A DNA stretch of 64,000 bases from Nitrosopumilaceae archaeon (GTDB taxonomy: Archaea; Thermoproteota; Nitrososphaeria; Nitrososphaerales; Nitrosopumilaceae), in contig CBDBCR010000001.1 of NCBI GenBank assembly GCA_965203465.1, positions 800,001-864,000 of the forward strand. The letters run 5' to 3'. Both the position numbers and the translations under genes were made by a program. The notes below the pieces were generated by a model. It ran no database searches, was not told the DNA's origin, and worked only from the letters and a program-made list of their open reading frames with translations. Below are positions 1 to 9,226 of this stretch, one piece after another (the first letter of the stretch is position 1; each line of letters starts with the position of its first letter).

Positions 1-2
1 CC

Positions 3-1433
3 GTAAGCCTCAGCTCGAAAGCCGGCGGCCGCGCCGAGATAAAAGACAGGAAGGCGTTCGAGCTGCTCGTAGCGGACGAAAAGAAAAAAATCAAGGCGGG
101 CCTGGATTCCGACTGGGAAAAGATCGACAGGGACGTGTTCAGAAACTCCGACCTCCACGAGTTCCGCCGCATAGTCAAGGACAACGCCGGCCTGCTCGAG
201 AGGCTGCTGGCCGATCCGGAAAAGCTGCGCAGGGATCTTTGGCTGAGCTACTTTGCGGCGATCGGGCCTCTGCACGACGTGGTTAGATCGTACAGATCGC
301 GGCAAAGCGACATCGCAGAGATCGTAAAACAGGCCAAGGCCGAAAAGGCCCGGTGGGAGGAGGTGGTAAAAGAATTCAAGGGGAGGTTCTTCGTCCCGTT
401 CGACGTAAAGGTCGCAGAGGTGCACCAGTCGGTGCTGGAAGGCAAGATGCCCACGCTGCAGTTTGACTTTGACGACGGCGTGCAGAAAACCGCGGTCACG
501 CTGGACAAGCTGCAGAGGGCCCTGAGCGCAGGGGAACAAAGAGCGCTGTACATACTGAACGTGCTCTTCAAGATCAAGAAGCGGATCGCAGACGGAAAAG
601 AGACCGTCGTCGTGCTGGACGACATCGTGGACTCGTTCGACTACGCGAACAAGTACGCGATAATCCAGTATCTGAAGGAAATCTCCACGGAACGGCTCTT
701 TCACCTGGTGCTCCTTACGCACAACTTTGATTTCTTCAGGGCGGTCATGAACAGGCGCATAGTGGGGCGCAAAAACTGCTATTACGCAAGCAAAGACCTG
801 GGCAACGTGTCCCTCGAAGAGGCGCCCAACATAAGATCCATGCTGAAAGGGATAATCGAGTGCAAAGCAGGAGATCCGGAAAGCGACGAAAAATTCGTGG
901 CGTCCATCCCGTTTGCGCGCAACCTGGCAGAATACAAAGACGGATCCGGCGAATACGACACGCTGACGTCGCTGCTGCACTGGCGGCCCGAGACGCCAAA
1001 GATCTCGATCGGGGACCTGCAGGAAACAATCCGCGCCGTCATACCGAAAATTCGAACCGAGCGACAGGACACCTCTCGCGCCGCGTACGATGTCATCATG
1101 GAGACCGCAGACAGGTGCTCGGACAGGACGAAAAACTCGCTGTACGGCAAAGTCGCCCTCTCCGTGGCGATCAGGGTGCGAGCGGAGCGCTTCATGCGCA
1201 GCAAGCTGGGCCCGGATTCCCGCCGGGACAAGAACCCGGACACGCACGATCTGATCATGGACTGCAAAAGTCGGCTGCCAAAGCACCAGGCCGACACGCT
1301 CGACCTGGTGGGGATCATGACGCCCGGCATCATCCACCTGAACGCGTTCATGTACGAGCCGATCGTGGACATAGACGACACGCGGCTGCGGGAACTGTTC
1401 AAAGACGTGCGCAGTCTGGAAGATTCTGCGTGA
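3..1433 (+). CDS. RloC-like / AAA_13-family ABC ATPase, probable defence protein (5'-truncated by the window edge)
   Basis: Frame is open from base 3. ABC signature LSAGEQRA, Walker B VVLDDIVDSFD, H-loop LLTHNFDFF, and C-terminal IHLNAFMYEPIVD typical of RloC-like proteins. Confidence 0.7.
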   Translation, partial: VSLSSKAGGRAEIKDRKAFELLVADEKKKIKAGLDSDWEKIDRDVFRNSDLHEFRRIVKDNAGLLERLLADPEKLRRDLWLSYFAAIGPLHDVVRSYRSRQSDIAEIVKQAKAEKARWEEVVKEFKGRFFVPFDVKVAEVHQSVLEGKMPTLQFDFDDGVQKTAVTLDKLQRALSAGEQRALYILNVLFKIKKRIADGKETVVVLDDIVDSFDYANKYAIIQYLKEISTERLFHLVLLTHNFDFFRAVMNRRIVGRKNCYYASKDLGNVSLEEAPNIRSMLKGIIECKAGDPESDEKFVASIPFARNLAEYKDGSGEYDTLTSLLHWRPETPKISIGDLQETIRAVIPKIRTERQDTSRAAYDVIMETADRCSDRTKNSLYGKVALSVAIRVRAERFMRSKLGPDSRRDKNPDTHDLIMDCKSRLPKHQADTLDLVGIMTPGIIHLNAFMYEPIVDIDDTRLRELFKDVRSLEDSA

Positions 1434-1609
1434 TCCCGGCGCGGGCGGCTTTGGCGTCGCGGCCATTCTGCACGCCTCGTTGCGCCCGGCATGGCACTTG
1501 CCCAAGCGCGCCGTCCGCCTCGTTTCCAACCGGCATGCACGTTCCGAGCATTGGCCAGCCCGCCTTAACTGGAGGGCCCTGCACCGTCAAACTGCCTTGG
1601 TAAGGCCGG

Positions 1610-1900
1610 TGCGTCCTGAGGGCAACGTCGCGCCGGATCCGTTCTGCGGTTGCGGCACGGCCGTCATGGCGGCCGGAAAGCCGAACCGCGGGCGGATCGG
1701 AATCGGAGTGACGCACCTGGCCGCGGGACTCTTTCGGCAAAGCCCGAGATCGCCGGCGCGCCGCAGTCGCTCGGCGCCACCCGGAAACTGGCAGACGCCA
1801 AGTTCCAGTTCGAGTTGTGGGCGATAAGCCTGATACCCAAACCGCACTTGAACGAGTAGGTGGGGGGCAGGATAATGGCCGGTCTGTACAAGGCTCCCTC
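1610..1900 (+). pseudogene. Remnant of an N6/N4 DNA methyltransferase (MTase-Mrr fusion type)
   Basis: DPFCGCGTAVMAAGKPNRGRIGIGVTHLA is SAM-binding motif I. KFQFELWAISLI follows in another frame. No start and several frameshifts; boundaries approximate. Confidence 0.7.
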
Positions 1901-2244
1901 GGCGAGCGGTACCAGAGTCTGGATCTACACCATGGATGTTTCAACGGCCCGAAACCCAACATTTCGGACGTTGCGGACAGCGCGAGAACAGCAAGGCAGA
2001 AGCGGGCTGGGCGGGGGCGCCAGGCCGCGTTAAGACGGCCGGCCCGCGTATATGGTAAAACCCGAGCCGGCGTCTGCCTCCCCCACGGACAATCCGGCCG
2101 CGCGGATGCGAAGGGCGCCGCGCCGGAGATCCACAGCGACCAGAGAAAAACGCGCACGCATGAAAGATATTATCTTAATATAGGATAATATGAACTGCGC
2201 AACAAAAAGCAAGGGTTATATAGAGTTCAGTATAAATCGACCCA

Positions 2245-2721
2245 ATGTCTATGACATTTCACTTGACTGGCCGACAATGGGAACGGTACGCTGAATTGTT
2301 GAAGATGTTTGAAACCTTCTGTGACACCATGAACCGCTCTCTGGAGCCGATGGGCGAGATGGCGCGCCGGGTCAACAAAACCATGGAGCCGATCGCCGAG
2401 CTGAGCCGCTCTCTGGAACCGGTAGCTGAGATGATGCGCCGGACCGAGAAAGCCATGGAGCCGATCGCCGAGCTGAGCCGCTCTCTGGAACCGGTAGCTG
2501 AGATGATGCGCCGGACCGAGAAAGCCATGGAGCCGATCGCCGAGCTGAGCCGCTCTCTGGAACCGGTAGCTGAGATGATGCGCCGGACCGAGAAAGCCAT
2601 GGAGCCGATCGCCGAGCTGAGCCGCTCTCTGGAACCCATGAACAAGATGGTCAGACAAGTCACCAAATACAACATACAGCGTGTGAGTTTTTCACACGGT
2701 TCGCTGGAGTCTGGGCGCTAG
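2245..2721 (+). CDS. Hypothetical protein with 24-aa tandem repeats (Pro-punctuated amphipathic helices)
   Basis: ATG about 25 bp after TTATATAG. Repeat unit MEPIAELSRSLEPVAEMMRRTEKA. Confidence 0.7.
   Translation: MSMTFHLTGRQWERYAELLKMFETFCDTMNRSLEPMGEMARRVNKTMEPIAELSRSLEPVAEMMRRTEKAMEPIAELSRSLEPVAEMMRRTEKAMEPIAELSRSLEPVAEMMRRTEKAMEPIAELSRSLEPMNKMVRQVTKYNIQRVSFSHGSLESGR
2381..2636 (+). repeat. 72-bp perfect tandem repeat, about 3.5 copies, coding
   Basis: ccatggagccgatcgccgagctgagccgctctctggaacc starts at 2381, 2453, 2525 and 2597. Confidence 0.95.
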
Positions 2722-2883
2722 CCAAACCCGTTACACGGCAGAAACTCTGCCGCCTAGCGCGTTCCTACGAGCCGAGGTGTCGCACGCGCAATCCAAGTCG
2801 ACGGCCGGTTCCGCGCGCCGTGCCGCGCTCTGGGCCAGTCTGCGGTCAGGATGCCGGCGCGTGGCCCCGGCCGCCCCCGCCGG

Positions 2884-4947
2884 CTACCCGCCTTGCGAAA
2901 CCGCCCCGTCTTGCCCGGCGCCGCCCTCCCCTTCCGGGCCGCGCCCGATGCAGTGATCAAGAAACGCGGTGATCCGGCACAGTTTTTGCGGATCTTTTTC
3001 CAGCACTATTCTGCAGAACTCGATCGCGGTCGCGATTTTGGAATCTCCGCCGGCCTTTTCAGCCGTCTCGAACGCCGGCCCGTCCATTCTCTTCATCAGG
3101 TGCTCTAGGTTCTTTTCCACCAGCACGATGTCGGCGCCCATGACCGACTCGCAGTCTGAGGGGAACTCTGCGGTCTTTCTGTTTTCCAGCCATTTTCTGC
3201 GTTTTTTGTTGCCGTCGTCGCGATCGGCCAGTACCACGTACGGGATTTTGTACGCTTCCAGCAGGTCTATGTATTTTCCGAAATTGCCGGCGCCGTTTAT
3301 GTACAGGATGAGGACGTTCCTGCGCGCCAGGTTGTATTTCTGATCCTCGCCCGCTTTGTATTCGGCCACTCCGGCCAGCAGGCTCTGATCGGAGGGCCCC
3401 TCCACCAGAATCACGCGTTTGGCGAAGAATATTGCCGGGTCGATCAAGTGCCGCAGCCGGCTCCGGTCTTTGTCGAACCGCTCGAAAGCGTCGCCTTCCA
3501 GAGACCTGACGGTGCTAGATGGGCCCTCGTTCCTGACGTACAGCACTTTGGACGAGTTTTCGAACGCCATAAAGCCCACGATCGCGGGCGAGTGCGTCGT
3601 GACGAGGATCTGGTTCCCCTCGTTGCCGCATATTTCCCCCAGGATCGCCCGCGTCAGGCCCGGGTGCATGTTGATGGACGGCTCGTCCAGCAGTATCGCA
3701 GAGTCGCGGGATCCGAGCACGAGCGCGAGCAGGTATATCGATTCTCGCAAGCCGGCCCCCGCGTCGGCTGCCCGGAACTGCTCGCCCGACCCGTCGGTTA
3801 TTACGGCCACGGGGGCCGCAAAAGTGCGCCTCAGATGCGGCCTGCCGGCGAGGTCATCTTCGTGCTCGGGCCGCTCTAGGATCACGTCCATCTTCAGTCT
3901 TTCGGGCCCGAACACGCTCTCAAACGCCCCCCGGATGGACTCGAAGCGCTCGCGGTCTGCCGGGACGGGCGAGGTCTTTAGCCCCAAAAGAAAGGAAGAC
4001 AGGTTGGATCCGTCGGCTGCGAGCGCCTCGGCCGGCACCGACCGTTTGAAGCGGGCCACCCGGACTAGCGCCTTGTTGTAAGCGCCGGCTACATCCGATC
4101 CCAATACTTCTTCCTGCCCGGGCAGGATCTTTAGCGATTCGATCCTGTCTTGTATGAGCGATCCGTCTATGTCCCTGCTGTCCGGGGAATGCACCGTGCC
4201 TCTGGCAAGAATCTCCCCCACAAGCCCCGTGAACCGGACTGCGCCGCTCCCGCCATCCCTTATGCCCACGTACGACTGGAGGCCTGCCAGCGTCCTCTTT
4301 CCGTGCTCGGGAATTTTGCGGTGATCTTCCTTGAGATCGGGCATTTCAAGCAGATTTTCTCGAAAAAACTCCGCCGTCGCGCTTTTCGCGCTTGCCTGAT
4401 CCGACAGTTCGGTTAGCAGGTTGCGCAGGGGCATTGTTCGGTTAACTTTTGCCGCCTCTTGTTCCGAAACGGCATGATCCGATATGAGCAGTTTGTCGGT
4501 TATGTCGCCGGACGCCACGAGCCCCATCTTCGAAAACTCGATTTCCACGGCGGTCTGGATTCCGTACTTTGCAGTTTTCTTCCAAGAAAGCCCGACGGCG
4601 ATCTCGTCCAAGAGGCCCGCGAGCAGGTCCCGGTTTTCGTACTCGTGGAACCTCATGCCCTGGGCGTCCGGCAGTAAAAAGCTGAAAAAATCTACGATCT
4701 TTTCCGCTTCGCCCCTTGACAGTCTCACGTGCAGTCCCAAGTGTGGATCGAGCACGCCCCTTGCGATTTGGGCGTCTTTGAGAGCCGGTGGCCTCGACAG
4801 GGCGTCCGCGAGCAGCCTGATCAGCCTGAAAAGGTTAGACTTGCCTGAGTTGTTGGGGCCGACTATTACCGCTCTGTCCGATACGTCCGCCGACACCTGA
4901 TCCCTGTACGAGTACAGCCCGCGGCATTGCAGTTTCGTGATGCGCAC
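2884..4947 (-). CDS. OLD-family ATP-dependent nuclease (ABC ATPase plus TOPRIM)
   Basis: Walker A GPNNSGKS, Walker B ILLDEPSINMHP, TTHSP, TOPRIM VILVEGPSD and DRD. TTTAA box upstream of the GTG start. Confidence 0.85.
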   Translation of the reverse strand: MRITKLQCRGLYSYRDQVSADVSDRAVIVGPNNSGKSNLFRLIRLLADALSRPPALKDAQIARGVLDPHLGLHVRLSRGEAEKIVDFFSFLLPDAQGMRFHEYENRDLLAGLLDEIAVGLSWKKTAKYGIQTAVEIEFSKMGLVASGDITDKLLISDHAVSEQEAAKVNRTMPLRNLLTELSDQASAKSATAEFFRENLLEMPDLKEDHRKIPEHGKRTLAGLQSYVGIRDGGSGAVRFTGLVGEILARGTVHSPDSRDIDGSLIQDRIESLKILPGQEEVLGSDVAGAYNKALVRVARFKRSVPAEALAADGSNLSSFLLGLKTSPVPADRERFESIRGAFESVFGPERLKMDVILERPEHEDDLAGRPHLRRTFAAPVAVITDGSGEQFRAADAGAGLRESIYLLALVLGSRDSAILLDEPSINMHPGLTRAILGEICGNEGNQILVTTHSPAIVGFMAFENSSKVLYVRNEGPSSTVRSLEGDAFERFDKDRSRLRHLIDPAIFFAKRVILVEGPSDQSLLAGVAEYKAGEDQKYNLARRNVLILYINGAGNFGKYIDLLEAYKIPYVVLADRDDGNKKRRKWLENRKTAEFPSDCESVMGADIVLVEKNLEHLMKRMDGPAFETAEKAGGDSKIATAIEFCRIVLEKDPQKLCRITAFLDHCIGRGPEGEGGAGQDGAVSQGG

Positions 4948-5450
4948 AGTCCGCCTGCGCCCCGCGCTGCGCTTAAATGTCCTGCGGCAGGCGGCTGCGC
5001 GATCCCGAAATCATTTAGATTCCTAGAGGGCACGGTGTGCCTCCCCCGCGGCCCCATCTTTTGCCGTTTCGTCACTTTTCGCCATCTTGAGCACCAACGC
5101 CGCGGGGGCGGTCGTAGTTGTGCCGGCGGAAAAGATCGTACCGTCGAACCGCTCGAGCTTTGGATCTTGCCGTGTAACCGCGCCGGATGGCAGTCGGTCT
5201 GGGGGCGCCCGGCTCCGCACAGTTTTGCCTTGTCTCCCACTTCTCCAGCTCAAACGCGGACTATCTACCCTTCCCATCCTCTGCCCCAGTTGCGGCCCCA
5301 TTGGAGATCGCGCCCGGCCGGAAATAGCGCAGGATCCAAGACGGATCAGAACGGCAAACCCATCCGGCCAGCGACGCCGCCGCGCCAAATTGAGTATATT
5401 AATGACGTAAAGTACGGTATATAAGGCACCAGCCGTCGCGACGCCGAAAG

Positions 5451-7583
5451 ATGGACATGAAAGAGGCATCCGAAACAGTCGGCCGGATGCTGGACGAATA
5501 CGTGTTTGAGGCAAAAGAGATAGAATCGTACCTGCGCTCAAGAGGCATCGTGCGGTACAAATCGGACATGGTAAGAATCATGCTGGCCGCGGCCGAGCGG
5601 CGGGCCCAGTTTATCGACCTAGTCTCGCGCAACCTTTTGGCATGCGCCTCGAGGACGGACGAATTCTTCGAGCTGGTCGCAGTCCTGCCCGAGTGGCGCG
5701 GGTGTGAACTCGAGCCGCTGCGCCTGCTTTATGGCCGCGATCCGCAGACTGCTTTGTGGCTGATCCGGAGGCTGGAAGCCACGGACCAAGACACGTCGAT
5801 CCCGCTGTCCTGGCTGTACACGGGAGCGGGCGAAAAAGAGCCCGGCATGCTGCTCGAAATGATCGGCAAGAGGCTGTCGCCGGCGCAAAAGACCGCTTGG
5901 ATGACGGCAGCCGACATCCTGTACGCAGGCCAGAGGCTTCCGCCCGAGGCCGAAGACTTCGTCATCCATCTTTCAAAGTCCCGCACGACGGCGGTCCAGA
6001 AATGCGCGATATCGTTCATGCTCGGAAGGGCGCAAGAGTCAAGACGAATACGGGATCGGCTCTGCCGCATCGCAAAGAACGGCAGCGACGAGGCCCGGGC
6101 GGCGCTGGCCAACGTCCACCCCCTCAAGAGGCCGGACGACGAATTTTTGCTCAAAATACTCGGGCTGTGCTCCAAGACGAAAAACGCGAGCGTGCGGGAG
6201 AGCATAGCGCTGTCCCTAGTTTCGTGCGCGCCCGACCATCCGCTCGAATGCGTAAAGATCCTCAGGCAGTGGCGCCAAGATCCGTGGTTCCGCCACAGAG
6301 TCGGCCGCCTCTTGGAGGAAGTCGGGAAAGGCGATCTGGGCAAGATACGCAGGTTCATGGAGTCGTGGATCCGCGACGCGAGGGGCTCGAAAACGGACGC
6401 CGGCACGCTGCCAGACGTGCTCTCGTGCGTGTATCGGAAGGACGAGATGCAACTCATGGAGTTGCTGGAGGAGGCAGGCTGCGAGGACGAAGCGACTCAG
6501 ATTTTGGTAGTCGACGTTCTGTGTGAGTTCCTCAGCGGCGGGTACAAAAAGGATCGCCGCTCCGTCGAATTCTGCAGGCGCGCCGAGATGGTTATCTTGG
6601 AGATAGCAAGACGGCGCGGGACGAACGTGTGGCCCGACCCGGAACTGAATCCGTTCATGCGGGTGCAGAACCTGATCAGGCAAGCAAGGTTCCCGATAAA
6701 AACGAGCATCGCAGACGCCCGCAACAACCTGAAGCGGTTCGAGAATCTGGGTCGGATCATGCGGCCGGGCACGCTAGAGAAAATGATCCGCGAAGTCCAC
6801 ACGCTGGCGGTGTGGCTGTCGAACGCCGAGCCGGATCCGGAGGGCGGCGCCGGGGATCGGGGCAGGCCGGGGGCCAGGCGCCAAAAGATCTCGCGCGCGT
6901 GGGTGTCCGACATAGACGCGTCGCTGCGGATGTTCGGGGACGGCCAGGGAATGTCCAGGATACGGCGCGGTTTGGTGTCCAGGACGGAGTTTTTTGACGC
7001 CCTGTCAGAGTTGACCGTGGCCGCTAGGCTGAAAAAAAAGTTTCCAACGACCCTGCAGCCCCGGGTGGGGAACAACGCGCTCGACGTGGAATCGACCGTG
7101 GGCGGATCGCGCGTGCTCTTTGAGGTCTTTAGGCCAAAGGGGGACATCAGGCTGCGGTACGTAAGAGGTGCGCACACGCTGGACAACGCGATACTGCCCA
7201 AGGTGGTAAAAAAAATAGACGGGCAGATAAAAAGCGCGCTGGGCGATGGGGTTCCCGTGGTGTTGGTTATAGACAGCACCGACGCGCGCGAAATAGTCGA
7301 TGCCGACATAGACGACGCCCTGTTCGGCACCGAGTATTTCGCAATGCCGTTCGGCGAGGGCGGCGCGGCGGGCCAGCCGCGCCCCGCCAGGAAAAAAGAC
7401 TCCGTGTACGACCGGACGGCCGGCGCCGGGGCGATAAGCGCGGTGCTGCTGGTGGAGATGGGCTGCGGGCGCGGCTCGAAGATAGAGATCGGCGGAAAGC
7501 TGTTCCGCGCGCCAAACCCGGCAGTCCCGCTGGGCGACGGGGCGGCCGGGGCCATAGAGGGGGCGCTTTTTGAGGCCGCGTAG
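5451..7583 (+). CDS. Large hypothetical protein: helical-repeat N-terminus and putative PD-(D/E)XK nuclease-like C-terminus
   Basis: 710-aa ORF with TATATAAG upstream. C-terminal SELTVA...LDVESTVGGSRVLFEV...PVVLVID matches restriction-endonuclease-fold spacing. Confidence 0.6.
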   Translation: MDMKEASETVGRMLDEYVFEAKEIESYLRSRGIVRYKSDMVRIMLAAAERRAQFIDLVSRNLLACASRTDEFFELVAVLPEWRGCELEPLRLLYGRDPQTALWLIRRLEATDQDTSIPLSWLYTGAGEKEPGMLLEMIGKRLSPAQKTAWMTAADILYAGQRLPPEAEDFVIHLSKSRTTAVQKCAISFMLGRAQESRRIRDRLCRIAKNGSDEARAALANVHPLKRPDDEFLLKILGLCSKTKNASVRESIALSLVSCAPDHPLECVKILRQWRQDPWFRHRVGRLLEEVGKGDLGKIRRFMESWIRDARGSKTDAGTLPDVLSCVYRKDEMQLMELLEEAGCEDEATQILVVDVLCEFLSGGYKKDRRSVEFCRRAEMVILEIARRRGTNVWPDPELNPFMRVQNLIRQARFPIKTSIADARNNLKRFENLGRIMRPGTLEKMIREVHTLAVWLSNAEPDPEGGAGDRGRPGARRQKISRAWVSDIDASLRMFGDGQGMSRIRRGLVSRTEFFDALSELTVAARLKKKFPTTLQPRVGNNALDVESTVGGSRVLFEVFRPKGDIRLRYVRGAHTLDNAILPKVVKKIDGQIKSALGDGVPVVLVIDSTDAREIVDADIDDALFGTEYFAMPFGEGGAAGQPRPARKKDSVYDRTAGAGAISAVLLVEMGCGRGSKIEIGGKLFRAPNPAVPLGDGAAGAIEGALFEAA

Positions 7584-7752
7584 CCGGCTCGCGCCGGATC
7601 GGCCGGGACGCGGCACGGGCGCTTCCCGCGCAGGCGGATCGGCGGACGGCAGTTCGGAGAACGGATCGCGCGAAAACTGCGCCCGCGCGTACCCGCCAAG
7701 CAGCTTCGGGCCAGGGGAAACCGAGCGCGGATCCGAGGCGGCAGTCACGTAC

Positions 7753-8670
7753 ATGCCGAAGGGCAACGCGTTCGTCGCCGGAGAGCACATGTCCATGCCG
7801 GCCGATTGGGACAGGATGGAAAATCCCGTCTTTGAGCTCGATCCCTTCGGCAAGCTGGAATGCGATATCGGGTGCGGCCGGGGCCACGTAGAGTTGATTG
7901 GGGCGTACCGCGAGATCGCAAGGCTCCGGAAGCGGATGCACATAGATTCCATGTTCCTGAACTTTGATCTGAACCGACTGCGGTCAGACATAGGCGGCGG
8001 GGCCGGGTTCGACTTGCACGATGCGGCAAGCTCGTACAGCGTGCCGGCCGGCCTGGCCGGGGGCGCGCCGGCCGAGCTCTCCGAAGATTACGCCCGCGCC
8101 CTGTTCTGCCGGCGGGAACAGCTGGCCCGCGGCGCGCTGGAACAGCTAAAGTACCACTACCAAAAAGACGCTCAAAGCCCCACCGCAAAGTTTCGCAGAG
8201 CCACGGCCCCGACAGACAACGGCGTCCAGCGCATATCCAACCCCGCTCCCGGCGACGGCAGCCGCAACACCGGCATGCTCGACGAGATCGCTTACTGCAG
8301 CCATGAGTTTTTCGACGCTTTCGGGTACCCCCTGACGCGCTTTGCGTGCTCGCTGAGCACGGCCCTAAAGATAGCCCGCAATTCGTTTGAAGGCTGCGAT
8401 CCCGTCGTCAAAGCTTACAAAACCGACGGAATCTTGGAGTTTCCCGGCACGTCCGGCTATACCATGGTGGTTTCAAACACGTGCCACAACGATGTCCTCT
8501 ACGCCATCTCGGACAGATACGCCCTGCTAAAGGCCGAGGGCCCCAAGATCATAACGCAGCACAGATCCGGGATCCTAGACGTGCTGGACTTTAACCAGTA
8601 CAGGTGCGCGCACCAAAACCTGCCCGCGGATCGCCTGCTTGGCTGCGTCATAGACCTGCAGACCACTTGA
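7753..8670 (+). CDS. Orphan protein resembling an HK97-fold major capsid protein
   Basis: 305 aa from ATG 7753. C-terminal GILEFPG..YTMVVSN..YAISDRYALLKAEGPKIITQHR resembles archaeal tailed-virus capsid proteins (recognised by eye). Confidence 0.5.
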   Translation: MPKGNAFVAGEHMSMPADWDRMENPVFELDPFGKLECDIGCGRGHVELIGAYREIARLRKRMHIDSMFLNFDLNRLRSDIGGGAGFDLHDAASSYSVPAGLAGGAPAELSEDYARALFCRREQLARGALEQLKYHYQKDAQSPTAKFRRATAPTDNGVQRISNPAPGDGSRNTGMLDEIAYCSHEFFDAFGYPLTRFACSLSTALKIARNSFEGCDPVVKAYKTDGILEFPGTSGYTMVVSNTCHNDVLYAISDRYALLKAEGPKIITQHRSGILDVLDFNQYRCAHQNLPADRLLGCVIDLQTT

Positions 8671-8735
8671 GCGCGCCTCGCCAGCGCAGGCCGCGTGAAA
8701 ACACGGTACAAATACGCCCTGCAGGCATAGGAAGT

Positions 8736-8900
8736 GTGAGCGACAACATCGAATTCGTGAACATGGATGACGATCTGAACGCACTGAAGGATCCCGACGA
8801 CCCGCTGTACGGCGTCTTGTCCGCGATGCGTAGGATCCTGGAGGATCTGGAGGATCGGGTGGCCGATGTGGAAGAGCGCGTGGGCAACGCCGGGATCTGA
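8736..8900 (+). CDS. Small acidic coiled-coil protein (54 aa)
   Basis: GTG about 25 bp after TACAAATA. Heptad pattern MRRILEDLEDRVADVEERV. Confidence 0.55.
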   Translation: MSDNIEFVNMDDDLNALKDPDDPLYGVLSAMRRILEDLEDRVADVEERVGNAGI

Positions 8901-9226
8901 GCCGCGGCGATCGGCCGGCTCGTCCGGCAGATGCAGCGACGCCCCGCCGCGCTCGGCCTCGCCGACGCCCGCAGGACGTCCTTTCTGACGGCCGCCGGCT
9001 CGGGCTGCGCGCAGAACGGAGCCCGGCGCGGTCGTCTTTTGGTTCATGCGGCCGTTTTGCCCCGCCGCCGGATTTGCGATCGGAAATCGCCGATCCGTCG
9101 GCGCGGCTTGGTTAGCCGGCAGTCGGAAACTGCTCTTGTACAATCCCGTAATCCAAAATACCGTAGATTAGATGTACGGTAAAATAACCGGTTGGCTTTT
9201 AACCCCCGGCCTGCCCGGCCCTGAAC

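Noticed and set aside
2381-2636. CRISPR-like 72-bp periodicity
   Set aside because: Units are identical along their full length, with no unique spacers, and lie in frame in an ORF.
2884-4947. Gabija or retron system
   Set aside because: No adjacent UvrD helicase or reverse transcriptase.
4950-5450. Possible gene between OLD and the 710-aa gene
   Set aside because: No ORF has recognisable motifs or a promoter-linked start, so it is treated as a divergent intergenic region.
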